From the NCBI GenBank assembly GCA_045604545.1, contig JAZUOG010000083.1, positions 1-28,488 of the forward strand: a DNA stretch of 28,488 nt, written 5' to 3'. The position numbers and the translations under genes are program-made. A model generated the notes under the pieces. That model did not search any database. It saw only the letters and a program-made list of their open reading frames with translations, and was not told the DNA's origin. Numbering within the stretch: position 1 is the stretch's first letter; every line of letters starts with the position of its first letter. Source of the DNA: Acutalibacteraceae bacterium. Its GTDB lineage: Bacteria > Bacillota > Clostridia > Oscillospirales > Acutalibacteraceae. Below are positions 1-7,228 of the stretch, in pieces.

Positions 1-272
1 TGAGAGGGCTTATACAGAACAGCCTCATTTAGTGGCGGCGTATACAGTAGAAGTGATCGGTCTGCTTAAATTCCCCACTCAATATGTTGATGGTTATCAC
101 AAGCCCTCTCCGTCATGGCTTACGCCATGCCACCTCTCCCAGAGGGAGAGGCAAGAAATACCTAAATACGCGGCTGGCAGACCGTATTACGCGTTCTACG
201 CGGAGGCTACGGAACAGAGGGCTATGCCCGCAAAAGAAAAAGCACCCGTTTTACGGGTGGATTCTTGTTGTT
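1..272 (+). repeat. Module A copy 1 (window-truncated at its 5' side): ~270-nt noncoding element ending in an intrinsic terminator; near-identical to 17520-17788
   Basis: ~97% identity to 17520-17788. Contains a long-range stem gagggctt(5-12)/aagccctc(107-114), an 8-bp hairpin cctctccc-aga-gggagagg (133-151), and a terminal hairpin cacccg-tttta-cgggtg (243-259) followed by a T-rich tail. The embedded 91-aa ORF has no RBS, and all 5 substitutions between the two copies are nonsynonymous. Confidence 0.6.
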
Positions 273-411
273 CCCGCAAATGCCGTGGCATCGCCCCGAC
301 CCCGTAGGGGACGGCCTCAACGGTCCGCCAATGTACCTGTCCCGATACGGACCACCGGGGACGGTGGTCCCTACGAATTGTATGGCACAATCCTGCGTCA
401 TCGCACCCAGC

Positions 412-487
412 CTGTCATTGCGAGGGCGCACAAGCGCCCGTGGCAATCTTCGCAGAAAGATTCTTGCGCTTCGCTCAGCATGACAAG
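412..487 (+). repeat. Module B copy 1: 76-nt imperfect palindrome (REPIN-like), second copy at 17225-17300
   Basis: Outer arms tgtcat.../...atgaca, an inner hairpin gggcgc-acaa-gcgccc, and a central aatctt-cgcaga-aagatt hairpin. ~90% identical to 17225-17300. Confidence 0.55.
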
Positions 488-514
488 GGACAACGACTCC
501 TCGGATTGCCCCTA

Positions 515-542
515 TTTACAAATTCCGACTGTGTGATATAAT
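515..542 (+). promoter_or_regulatory. sigma-A type promoter for the CotH/dockerin gene (TTTACA-16-TATAAT with a TGn extended -10)
   Basis: tttaca at 515-520 and tataat at 537-542, with tgtga immediately upstream of the -10. AT-rich patch ~80 nt upstream of the ATG at 621. Confidence 0.5.
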
Positions 543-620
543 AATAATATATACCCCGAAATGTTCGCACACGTTGCGAAGGATATACAGGATATGTTTA
601 CAAAGCAGGAGGAACCGTGT

Positions 621-3047
621 ATGAAAAAAGTGATAGCGTTGTTGCTTGCCGTCGTCATGCTGATGACGGTGCTGCCGATGAGTGTGGCGGCGTTTGATCC
701 CTACAAGGTGCACGCACCGCAAAGCGGCTGTCAGCTGAGAACCTTCAGCTTCGAGAAAGCGGTCAACAGCTGGCTGATGTGGGATCTCGATTTTGATGCC
801 AAATGCGCCGGTCGTGCGCTTGTGAGCCAAAAGGCGCATCCGAATATCCTCGGACAAGCCGCCGTTCCCACCTTCACCTTTGAGGGTGACCGCGTCACCT
901 TCAACGGCACGGACATCACCTCCGATGTGACGGCGGTCACGCTTAAAGCGGAGAACGAAGTCGTTGTGTACGCGGGAAGCACCAAGGCGGAATATCAGGT
1001 GAACATCGATGAAGAAACCAACGGCATTCCCGTTGTGCTCATCGACACGAACGGTGTCGGTATCCCCGACAAGGTGAATTATGTCGACACCGCCATCACC
1101 ATTCTGGGCGCGGAGGTTTACGGCGGCGAGGATCTGTACGCCGTGACGGGCGGTATCAAGCTGCGCGGCAACTCCACCTCCGCGTATGACAAAAAGCCCT
1201 ACCGCATCAAGTTTGATAAAAAGCAGAATGTGTTCGGGCTCGGCAAGGCCAAAAGCTGGGTGCTTCTTGCCAACTACCTCGACCCCGCGGGTATGCGCAA
1301 CGACATTGCCTATGGCTTTGCCTCGCGCATGAGCGAGATGGTCGCGGAAACGAGCGGCTTTGAGGTGTATGTGCCGCGCGTGCGTCCCGTGGAAGTGTAT
1401 CTCAACGGCGAATATCGCGGACTGTACGACATGGGTGACCATGTGCAGGTCGATTCCACCCGTATCGCCATTGACGAAAGCGGCGACGAGTTTGACGACA
1501 ACGATGTGCAGCTCTTCCCCGAAGGCAATGTCGGCTATTACCTCGAGATCGAGCATCCGACCCGCGTCATCCCCGAGTGGTACAGCGAAAACGCCTATTA
1601 TGTGACCATCAAAAATTCGGGCGGCACGGGAACGGATACCATCTATACGGGCGGCATGAACGATGACGGTACACTGGAAACGGCGGGAACGGGCAAGGCG
1701 AATACGCTGTATGTTCAGATCAAAACCCCCGAGATCCCCTCAAACGAGCAGATCACCTACATCAAAAATTATCTGCAGAAGGTCAACGATCTGATCCTTG
1801 CCAAGGATTCCCGCGTGTTTGACTATATCGACATGGACGGCTTTATCGACTGGTATCTCACCAATGAGCTGTTCAAGAATACCGACTCGGCATTTTTGTC
1901 CAGCATCAAGATGTTCAAGGACAAGGACGGCAAGCTGTTCATGGGTCCCGTGTGGGACTTCGATATCGGTTCGGGCGCGGTCGCTTACAACGGCGTTGAC
2001 GACCCCAAAGGCTGGTTGACGCGTGCAGACACCTACTGCGGTTGGTATAAGGCGCTGTTCTCGATGCCGCAGTTTGTCGAAGCGGTGGAAGCCCGCTGGG
2101 CGGAGCTTCACGAAAACGGCATCCTTGAGCAGATCACGGCGGACATCGATGGTCTGAGCCGCTATCTCGACAAGGCGCTTCGCGATAATTTTGCGATGTG
2201 GCATTCGAACTATGTCAACGATGTCTACAACACCGGCTGGCTGACCGTTCCCGATCTGTGTCTGACGGGTGAATATGACGCGCAGTGGCGCTATCTGCGC
2301 AACTATATGCAGGGCCGTATCGCGTGGATGGACGAGCAGTTCGGCTATTCCACCGTGTCGACGACGAAAATCGGCGGCAACGTGTCCATCATCGGTACCC
2401 CCGAAGTGGAGAAGACCTTGCTTGCGGGCACCTACAACGTACAACCGCAGGGGGCATCGCTGTCCTACCAGTGGTACCGTGACGGCGCGGCGATCTCGGG
2501 CGCGAGAAGCAGCAGCTATACCCTCACCGAAAGTGACATCGGTCACGCGGTGTCGGTCAGTGTCACCGCGCGTAGCTACAGCGGCACGCTGACCTCCGAG
2601 TCGCTTGCGGTCACCAAGACCTACAACGACTATGTCACCTCCCAGATTCCGCCGATCGAGTCCTATACTGCCGATACCATCGTCGTGACCGAACGCACGG
2701 GTTACGAGATCACGGTGGACGGTGTCAACTGGCAGATGTCGGGCACCTTCACGGGACTCGAACCCAACACGCTGTATGCCGTGCGCTACCGTCACACCTC
2801 GCTCGGCAACCAGCAGGTCGGACAACCGGGCAAAGCGACCTATGTCATCACCGATCCCGCGGCGTATCCCGTCGGCGACATCAATCTGGACGGGGAGATC
2901 AGCATGAAGGATGCGATGCTGTTGTACAGCCATGTCAGCGGCTCCCGCACGCTCGACGATCCTTCCATCGGCGACTACAACGCCGACACCATCGTCAACA
3001 TGCGCGATGTCATGCTGCTCTATCAGTTTGTATCGGGCGCGGCGTAA
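621..3047 (+). CDS. Secreted CotH-family protein-kinase-like protein with Ig-like middle region and C-terminal type-I dockerin
   Basis: RBS aggagg 606-611 with ATG at 621, followed by the signal peptide MKKVIALLLAVVMLMTVLPMSVAA. CotH-like core: KKPYRIKFDKK...LANYLDPAGMRNDIAYGF...VEVYLNGEYRGLYD. C-terminal duplicated calcium-binding dockerin segments: GDINLDGEISMKDAMLL and GDYNADTIVNMRDVMLL. Confidence 0.8.
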   Translation: MKKVIALLLAVVMLMTVLPMSVAAFDPYKVHAPQSGCQLRTFSFEKAVNSWLMWDLDFDAKCAGRALVSQKAHPNILGQAAVPTFTFEGDRVTFNGTDITSDVTAVTLKAENEVVVYAGSTKAEYQVNIDEETNGIPVVLIDTNGVGIPDKVNYVDTAITILGAEVYGGEDLYAVTGGIKLRGNSTSAYDKKPYRIKFDKKQNVFGLGKAKSWVLLANYLDPAGMRNDIAYGFASRMSEMVAETSGFEVYVPRVRPVEVYLNGEYRGLYDMGDHVQVDSTRIAIDESGDEFDDNDVQLFPEGNVGYYLEIEHPTRVIPEWYSENAYYVTIKNSGGTGTDTIYTGGMNDDGTLETAGTGKANTLYVQIKTPEIPSNEQITYIKNYLQKVNDLILAKDSRVFDYIDMDGFIDWYLTNELFKNTDSAFLSSIKMFKDKDGKLFMGPVWDFDIGSGAVAYNGVDDPKGWLTRADTYCGWYKALFSMPQFVEAVEARWAELHENGILEQITADIDGLSRYLDKALRDNFAMWHSNYVNDVYNTGWLTVPDLCLTGEYDAQWRYLRNYMQGRIAWMDEQFGYSTVSTTKIGGNVSIIGTPEVEKTLLAGTYNVQPQGASLSYQWYRDGAAISGARSSSYTLTESDIGHAVSVSVTARSYSGTLTSESLAVTKTYNDYVTSQIPPIESYTADTIVVTERTGYEITVDGVNWQMSGTFTGLEPNTLYAVRYRHTSLGNQQVGQPGKATYVITDPAAYPVGDINLDGEISMKDAMLLYSHVSGSRTLDDPSIGDYNADTIVNMRDVMLLYQFVSGAA

Positions 3048-3062
3048 TAGTACCAAAAAAAG

Positions 3063-3097
3063 ATCTGTCACAGCTTGCTGTGACAGACCTTTTTTGC
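3063..3097. terminator. Bidirectional rho-independent terminator between the convergent genes
   Basis: A-run, then a 10-bp stem tctgtcacag/ctgtgacaga with loop cttg, then tttttt. Confidence 0.8.
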
Positions 3098-3098
3098 G

Positions 3099-3677
3099 TT
3101 ATGACAATGTGAACGGGTTCTCGGCTTCGGCGCGGTAGTCGAAGAATTTGGCGGGGTAGACCGTCAGGATCGTACGATGATCGGCGGTGACGATGTAGAA
3201 TTCGTCGCCGTTCACGGCGGTGTTGCAAATTCCTTCGGGGGTCATGCAGAATTCCTTCGACCACGTGTAGTGGTGAATGTGGGGAATACGGTACTCCCCG
3301 AAGGATGAAAAGCGCAGGAATTTCATGTTGACATGCCGATAATCCACGCCGATACGGTCAGCCTCTTCGGTGGTGCTGATAAGGCGATCCCGAAGCACGG
3401 TGAAGCGGCGTTCTTTGGCGATGCGCCGCATGGACATGATCCTGTGTGCGATCAGACCGATCATCACGGCCATGGCCGCCGCGATCACCCCGCGGATGAT
3501 CCATTTCCACATCATGTCTTCTGTGAGCTTCCCGAAACCGTTGATGCAGTCATTCAGCAACAGACACAAACCGCCGGACACGAGCGCAAAGGCGATTCCG
3601 ATGGCAAGATCCTTCAGACTGTACCGTTTGAGCAGGTCGTATTGAATATGATTGTTTTGCAGGACGGCTTTTTTCAT
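3099..3677 (-). CDS. Hypothetical two-TM membrane protein (last gene of the flotillin operon)
   Basis: Start chosen at MKKAVLQNN with RBS aggtg. Hydrophobic segments LAIGIAFALVSGGLCLLL and WIIRGVIAAAMAVMIGLIA. No family recognised. Confidence 0.55.
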   Translation of the reverse strand: MKKAVLQNNHIQYDLLKRYSLKDLAIGIAFALVSGGLCLLLNDCINGFGKLTEDMMWKWIIRGVIAAAMAVMIGLIAHRIMSMRRIAKERRFTVLRDRLISTTEEADRIGVDYRHVNMKFLRFSSFGEYRIPHIHHYTWSKEFCMTPEGICNTAVNGDEFYIVTADHRTILTVYPAKFFDYRAEAENPFTLS

Positions 3678-3699
3678 GACAGTCACCTGTTTCTGCGAA

Positions 3700-5115
3700 T
3701 CATTCCGCGGGGGCGCACGGTACCTCGGCGGGAGGCTCCGACACCACGGTATCCGTTGTCGGCTCAGATTTCTTGCCGAGGATCTCGGGCAACTGCATGC
3801 CTGCCAACGCAAACACATCAGCAAGAGGCGGCACGGATTGCATCATACCCGACAGAAATCCTGCCGTGGCATTCTTGCCGTCGCCGTTCTGACCGTTGTC
3901 CCAGACGGTAACCTTGTCGATCTTGATATTCTTGATCGCGTCCACCTGCACACGCATGAGATCTTCGAGCTTATCGGCGATGAGGAGCTTGAGCGCGGCA
4001 TCGGTATCGCCGCCCGCCGACTTGACGATCTCGGCAAAACCGGCGGCTTGTTTTCTGAGGATCTCTTCCATGCCGCGGGCTTCTGCCGCCATCTTGGCAT
4101 AGATCGCGTCTGCCTCGCCCTGTGCCTTGCGGCGGATCTGCTCGGCTTCTGCTTCTGCTTCGATTTCCAACTGACGCTTTTTGGCTTCTGTCTGCACGAT
4201 CACATCGGCTTCGAGGGTTGCCTGTTCACGGGAGCGACGAGCCTCTTCGGCGGCCTGCTCGGCGGCATAGGATTCCTCGAGGGCTTTTGCTGCCTGAATC
4301 TTCTCGGCGGCAGTGGCGATGCGCAGTGCCTCGGCTTCTTTTTCCTTGAGTGCCGCATCGGACATGGCGATCTTCATTTTAGCTTCGTTTTCGCCTTCGA
4401 TGGCAACGGACGAGGCATTTGCCACTTGAATGCGTTGGTCCATGTGGGCGTTGGCCTCACCGATGGAGCCGTCTCTTTCGCGTTCGGCAACGCTCTTTTT
4501 CGCATCGTTGATCGCTTTGGCGGCGGCTTCCTTACCCAACGCGGCGATGTAGCCCGATTCATCGCTGATATCGGTGACGTTCACGTTGATCAGACGCAGA
4601 CCGATCTTTTTCAGCTCGGTCTCCACGTTACTGCTGACCGCCGCGAGAAATTTATCACGATCGGTGTTGATCTCTTCGATGTCCATCGTGGCGATGATCA
4701 GGCGCAGCTGACCGAAGATGATATCCTTGGACAGCTCCTGAATTTCGGAAAGCTGCAGACCGAGGAGGCGCTCCGCCGCATTCTGCATCACGCCGGGTTC
4801 GGTGGAGATACCGACCGTGAAGCGGGACGGTACATCGATGCGGATGTTCTGACGGGACAGGGCATTTTTCAGATCGACCTGGATGGAGATGGGGGTCAGG
4901 TCCAAAAAGGCATACGATTGAAACACAGGGACAACAAATTCTGCACCGCCGTGAATACATTTGGCACTGCGGTTGGTGCCGTCCTTGTTTTTGCCAATCG
5001 AGCCGTAGACGACCATGATCTTGTCGGAGGGACACTTTTTATAGCGTGAGCACGCCCACACAATAAAAGAGACCAGAATCAAGACAAGAGCCAGTACCAA
5101 TGCGATCGTTTCCAT
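3700..5115 (-). CDS. floT: Flotillin-like SPFH/band-7 protein (FloT/YuaG-like)
   Basis: N-terminal TM followed by an SPFH domain, then a long Ala/Glu-rich coiled coil (EAEAEQIRRKAQGEADAIYAKMAAEARGMEE). RBS aaggagg upstream. Lies directly downstream of an NfeD gene. Confidence 0.85.
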   Translation of the reverse strand: METIALVLALVLILVSFIVWACSRYKKCPSDKIMVVYGSIGKNKDGTNRSAKCIHGGAEFVVPVFQSYAFLDLTPISIQVDLKNALSRQNIRIDVPSRFTVGISTEPGVMQNAAERLLGLQLSEIQELSKDIIFGQLRLIIATMDIEEINTDRDKFLAAVSSNVETELKKIGLRLINVNVTDISDESGYIAALGKEAAAKAINDAKKSVAERERDGSIGEANAHMDQRIQVANASSVAIEGENEAKMKIAMSDAALKEKEAEALRIATAAEKIQAAKALEESYAAEQAAEEARRSREQATLEADVIVQTEAKKRQLEIEAEAEAEQIRRKAQGEADAIYAKMAAEARGMEEILRKQAAGFAEIVKSAGGDTDAALKLLIADKLEDLMRVQVDAIKNIKIDKVTVWDNGQNGDGKNATAGFLSGMMQSVPPLADVFALAGMQLPEILGKKSEPTTDTVVSEPPAEVPCAPAE

Positions 5116-5166
5116 AAATCATTCCTCCTTGAATTGGTGAATATATGTCAAAAAAGGACATACGGA

Positions 5167-5769
5167 TCATTTGCGTCTGACCACCAGTGTGGTCTGACCG
5201 CTCAGCCCTGTGACAACGATCTCCGTTCCCGTAGGAATGGCATCGGCGCTGTCGGTTACCGCGTCGCGTTCGACAAAGCTTCCCTGAAGCAGAATGTTCA
5301 CCTTGCCGATACCGTTTCGCTCGGCGGGGATGGTCAGATAGACTGTGCCGGATGTGCCTAAAGCATTCCGATTGTCGATGTTACCGCCGCTTTGCAAACG
5401 CATGATGGCGCGAAGCAGATAGGCAAGAGCGACCATGATGGCCGCGCCGCACAGCACGGCTACAGGGACGGTGATCCACAAACTGACGGCGTGGGAATTC
5501 ATCACCAGTCCCACCCAGCCGAACACGACAAAGAAAGCGATGATGCCGCGAAGGGTGAAAATGTGAAGAGAATCCATTGCATCGATGTCATAATCCTCCG
5601 CGCCGATATCGGAGACGGCATCGCCGATGGAAGGGTCATCCATTTCTCCGTGATCGCCGATTCCCAGAAAGATCATCACCGTCTGTATGATCAGCACGAC
5701 CGTTGCGGGAATTGCCACAAGGGCGAAAAAGTGCGAGGATGTGCTTAAAGAAGTCCACCATTCAGTCAT
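5167..5769 (-). CDS. NfeD-family membrane protein (YuaF-like flotillin partner)
   Basis: Multi-TM N-terminus plus a C-terminal beta-rich soluble domain. The conserved nfeD-flotillin gene pair. RBS aggagg. Confidence 0.7.
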   Translation of the reverse strand: MTEWWTSLSTSSHFFALVAIPATVVLIIQTVMIFLGIGDHGEMDDPSIGDAVSDIGAEDYDIDAMDSLHIFTLRGIIAFFVVFGWVGLVMNSHAVSLWITVPVAVLCGAAIMVALAYLLRAIMRLQSGGNIDNRNALGTSGTVYLTIPAERNGIGKVNILLQGSFVERDAVTDSADAIPTGTEIVVTGLSGQTTLVVRRK

Positions 5770-5792
5770 TGACTATTCCTCCTTCTGCTGAC

Positions 5793-6347
5793 TTACATCA
5801 AATCACAAAACATATCTTCTGCCGTTCGGCGGCACACGGAAGCATAGTGTGCATAGGCCATTATCTGCAAAACCGTTACAAGCCGTTTTTTGGCACCGTC
5901 ACACGGTTCTGTATAGGTTTGCACGGCGGCTTCGGCGGCCGCTTTCACCGTCTCGCGGTCGAGCGCGCCTTCGCCGCTGACAGCGATCATATCGACATAG
6001 CGGTGATACAGCTCGCTGTCGCTGATGAGATCATCGCTGTCGTCATCGAGGACGCCGTTGATAAAGGATAATATGCCGCAGATGCGGTCGAGCTGCAGTG
6101 ATTCGCGCAGCATGTTGATCGTGACGATGCGGGCAAACTGCTCCTTGGAGTATTGCCGCTTGACAGGGGGAGAAACAAAGCCGCGCTTGACCCAGTTCTG
6201 AATGCAATACGGCTCAAGTCCTGTCATGACCGACACCTGCGAAAGGGTGATGCCGCCCGCGGCAAATAAACCGCTAAACAGCAGTCGCGATGCGTTTTCC
6301 GTCAATCGGGATACTTCAATGGTCGTTCCCGGAAACACCGTTGCCAT
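5793..6347 (-). CDS. MerR-like HTH domain protein (possible DUF1836-type regulator), first gene of the operon
   Basis: N-terminal ITLSQVSVMTGLEPYCIQNWVKRGF resembles the MerR recognition helix. RBS gggaggg. The stop lies 24 nt before the nfeD start. Confidence 0.45.
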   Translation of the reverse strand: MATVFPGTTIEVSRLTENASRLLFSGLFAAGGITLSQVSVMTGLEPYCIQNWVKRGFVSPPVKRQYSKEQFARIVTINMLRESLQLDRICGILSFINGVLDDDSDDLISDSELYHRYVDMIAVSGEGALDRETVKAAAEAAVQTYTEPCDGAKKRLVTVLQIMAYAHYASVCRRTAEDMFCDLM

Positions 6348-6381
6348 GCGCCACCCTCCCTTCGTTCTTTACTTTGATTGT

Positions 6382-6438
6382 ATCACATGGTCACGTGATT
6401 GTAAAGTGTAATTTTATGATTTTTAAAAATTTTGTCAG
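6382..6438 (-). promoter_or_regulatory. Promoter (CTGACA-16-TAAAAT) plus palindromic operator TCACGTGA for the MerR-like/NfeD/flotillin operon
   Basis: On the minus strand, -35 is at 6433-6438 and -10 at 6411-6416. The 8-bp perfect palindrome tcacgtga (6391-6398) sits inside atcac...gtgat, between the -10 and the RBS. Confidence 0.45.
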
Positions 6439-6572
6439 CTTGTTATCATCAGTATATCATTTTTCGACAGATCCGCAATTTGCGAAAAAACGGCGGCAAA
6501 AATATCATAACGGAGAAAGGACGGTGTTTTTCACAAAGCGGAAGGGATATTATGTTTTTTTGAAAATCCCCC

Positions 6573-6600
6573 TTGACAAATCATAAAAACGGAGTATAAT
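6573..6600 (+). promoter_or_regulatory. Consensus promoter TTGACA-16-TATAAT driving tRNA-Gln
   Basis: Perfect hexamers at 6573-6578 and 6595-6600, with the tRNA starting 19 nt downstream. Confidence 0.75.
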
Positions 6601-6618
6601 ATAAGCGTTCTCAAATAT

Positions 6619-6692
6619 TGCGGAATCGTGTAAGGGTAGCACTACGGCCTCTGACTCCGTCTGTCTAGGTTCGAATCCTAGTTCCGCAGCCA
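6619..6692 (+). tRNA. tRNA-Gln (anticodon CTG) with encoded CCA
   Basis: Manual cloverleaf. Acceptor tgcggaa/ttccgca (7 bp). D-arm gtgt-aagggta-gcac. Anticodon stem acggc/tccgt with loop cTCTGac. T-arm ctagg-ttcgaat-cctag. Discriminator G, then CCA. Architecture matches Firmicutes tRNA-Gln. Confidence 0.85.
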
Positions 6693-6879
6693 AAAAACGG
6701 TCATCGCTTTTGCGATGGCCGTTTTTACTGTCTGCTTCTAGGATTCGAAAGGGGCGTTAAGAAAACGTCACGGTGTGACGTTTTTAGCCCCGTTGGAGAT
6801 GAAGAGACTGCCGATTTTACATGTACCAAAAGACGAGATCAAAACTACCTCCTTGATAAAACACCTAGTTCCGCAGCCA
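6693..6879 (+). repeat. Tandem unit U1 (187 bp): terminator, T-arm-like fragment, internal hairpin, then a 16-nt copy of the tRNA-Gln 3' end
   Basis: Ends in cctagttccgcagcca (6864-6879), identical to tRNA positions 6677-6692. The internal A-run/hairpin/T-run lies at 6762-6785. Confidence 0.7.
6698..6726. terminator. Bidirectional intrinsic terminator T1 after tRNA-Gln
   Basis: A-run, then stem cggtcatcgc/gcgatggccg with loop tttt, then ttttt. Confidence 0.8.
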
Positions 6880-7180
6880 AAAAACGGTCATCGCTTTTGC
6901 GATGGCCGTTTTTTCTGTCTGCTTCTAGGATTCGAAAGAACCGAGCAGCGAGCGCGTCCGGGGGACGAAACAGCGAGCGCGGAGGGCTGTGCAGCAACGC
7001 GATTTTGCAAGCCGCAACCCTTTGCGGCGCAGAAAAATCGAATGTTGCAAACGTTAGTTAAGAAAACGTGCCAGGGGCACGTTTTCAGCCCCGTTGGAGT
7101 TGAAGAGACTGCTGTTTTTGCTTGCACCAAAAGACGAGATCAAAACTACCTCCTTGATAAAACACCTAGTTCCGCAGCAA
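6880..7180 (+). repeat. Tandem unit U2 (301 bp): same architecture as U1 plus a 103-bp GC-rich insertion; ends in the tRNA 3' copy cctagttccgcagcAa
   Basis: Begins with a T1-like terminator at 6885-6914. The internal hairpin at 7063-7085 differs from U1 by two compensatory base-pair changes. The 3' tRNA fragment is at 7165-7180. Confidence 0.7.
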
Positions 7181-7216
7181 AAAAACGGTCATCGTTGTTG
7201 CGATGACCGTTTTCTT
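7179..7216. terminator. Bidirectional terminator T3 (third copy), also terminating htpX on the minus strand
   Basis: aaaaaaa, then stem cggtcatcg/cgatgaccg with loop ttgtt, then tttt. The htpX stop lies 13 nt away. Confidence 0.75.
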
Positions 7217-7228
7217 GCTGTATTCGGA

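Noticed and set aside
32-307. 91-aa ORF (and its twin 17515-17796, 93 aa) inside module A
   Set aside because: No RBS. All substitutions between the two copies are nonsynonymous. The ORF reads through a terminator hairpin. It is better explained as a noncoding element, but is kept as an alternative in the findings.
516-1556. 346-aa ORF on the minus strand
   Set aside because: It lies entirely antisense to the well-supported CotH/dockerin CDS. It has no RBS and an odd composition (H/V/G-rich), which is typical of a GC-rich shadow ORF.
1740-3071. 443-aa minus-strand ORF
   Set aside because: Antisense shadow of the same CotH/dockerin gene, with no RBS.
3652-5049. 465-aa plus-strand ORF
   Set aside because: Antisense to the flotillin gene and Gly/Leu/Phe-rich nonsense. 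The flotillin frame has the RBS and family motifs.
6775-7206. 143-aa ORF (GTG start) and the overlapping 80-aa minus ORF across the tRNA-Gln tandem units
   Set aside because: They span three intrinsic terminators and repeated tRNA fragments. The two unit copies are not conserved at the amino-acid level.
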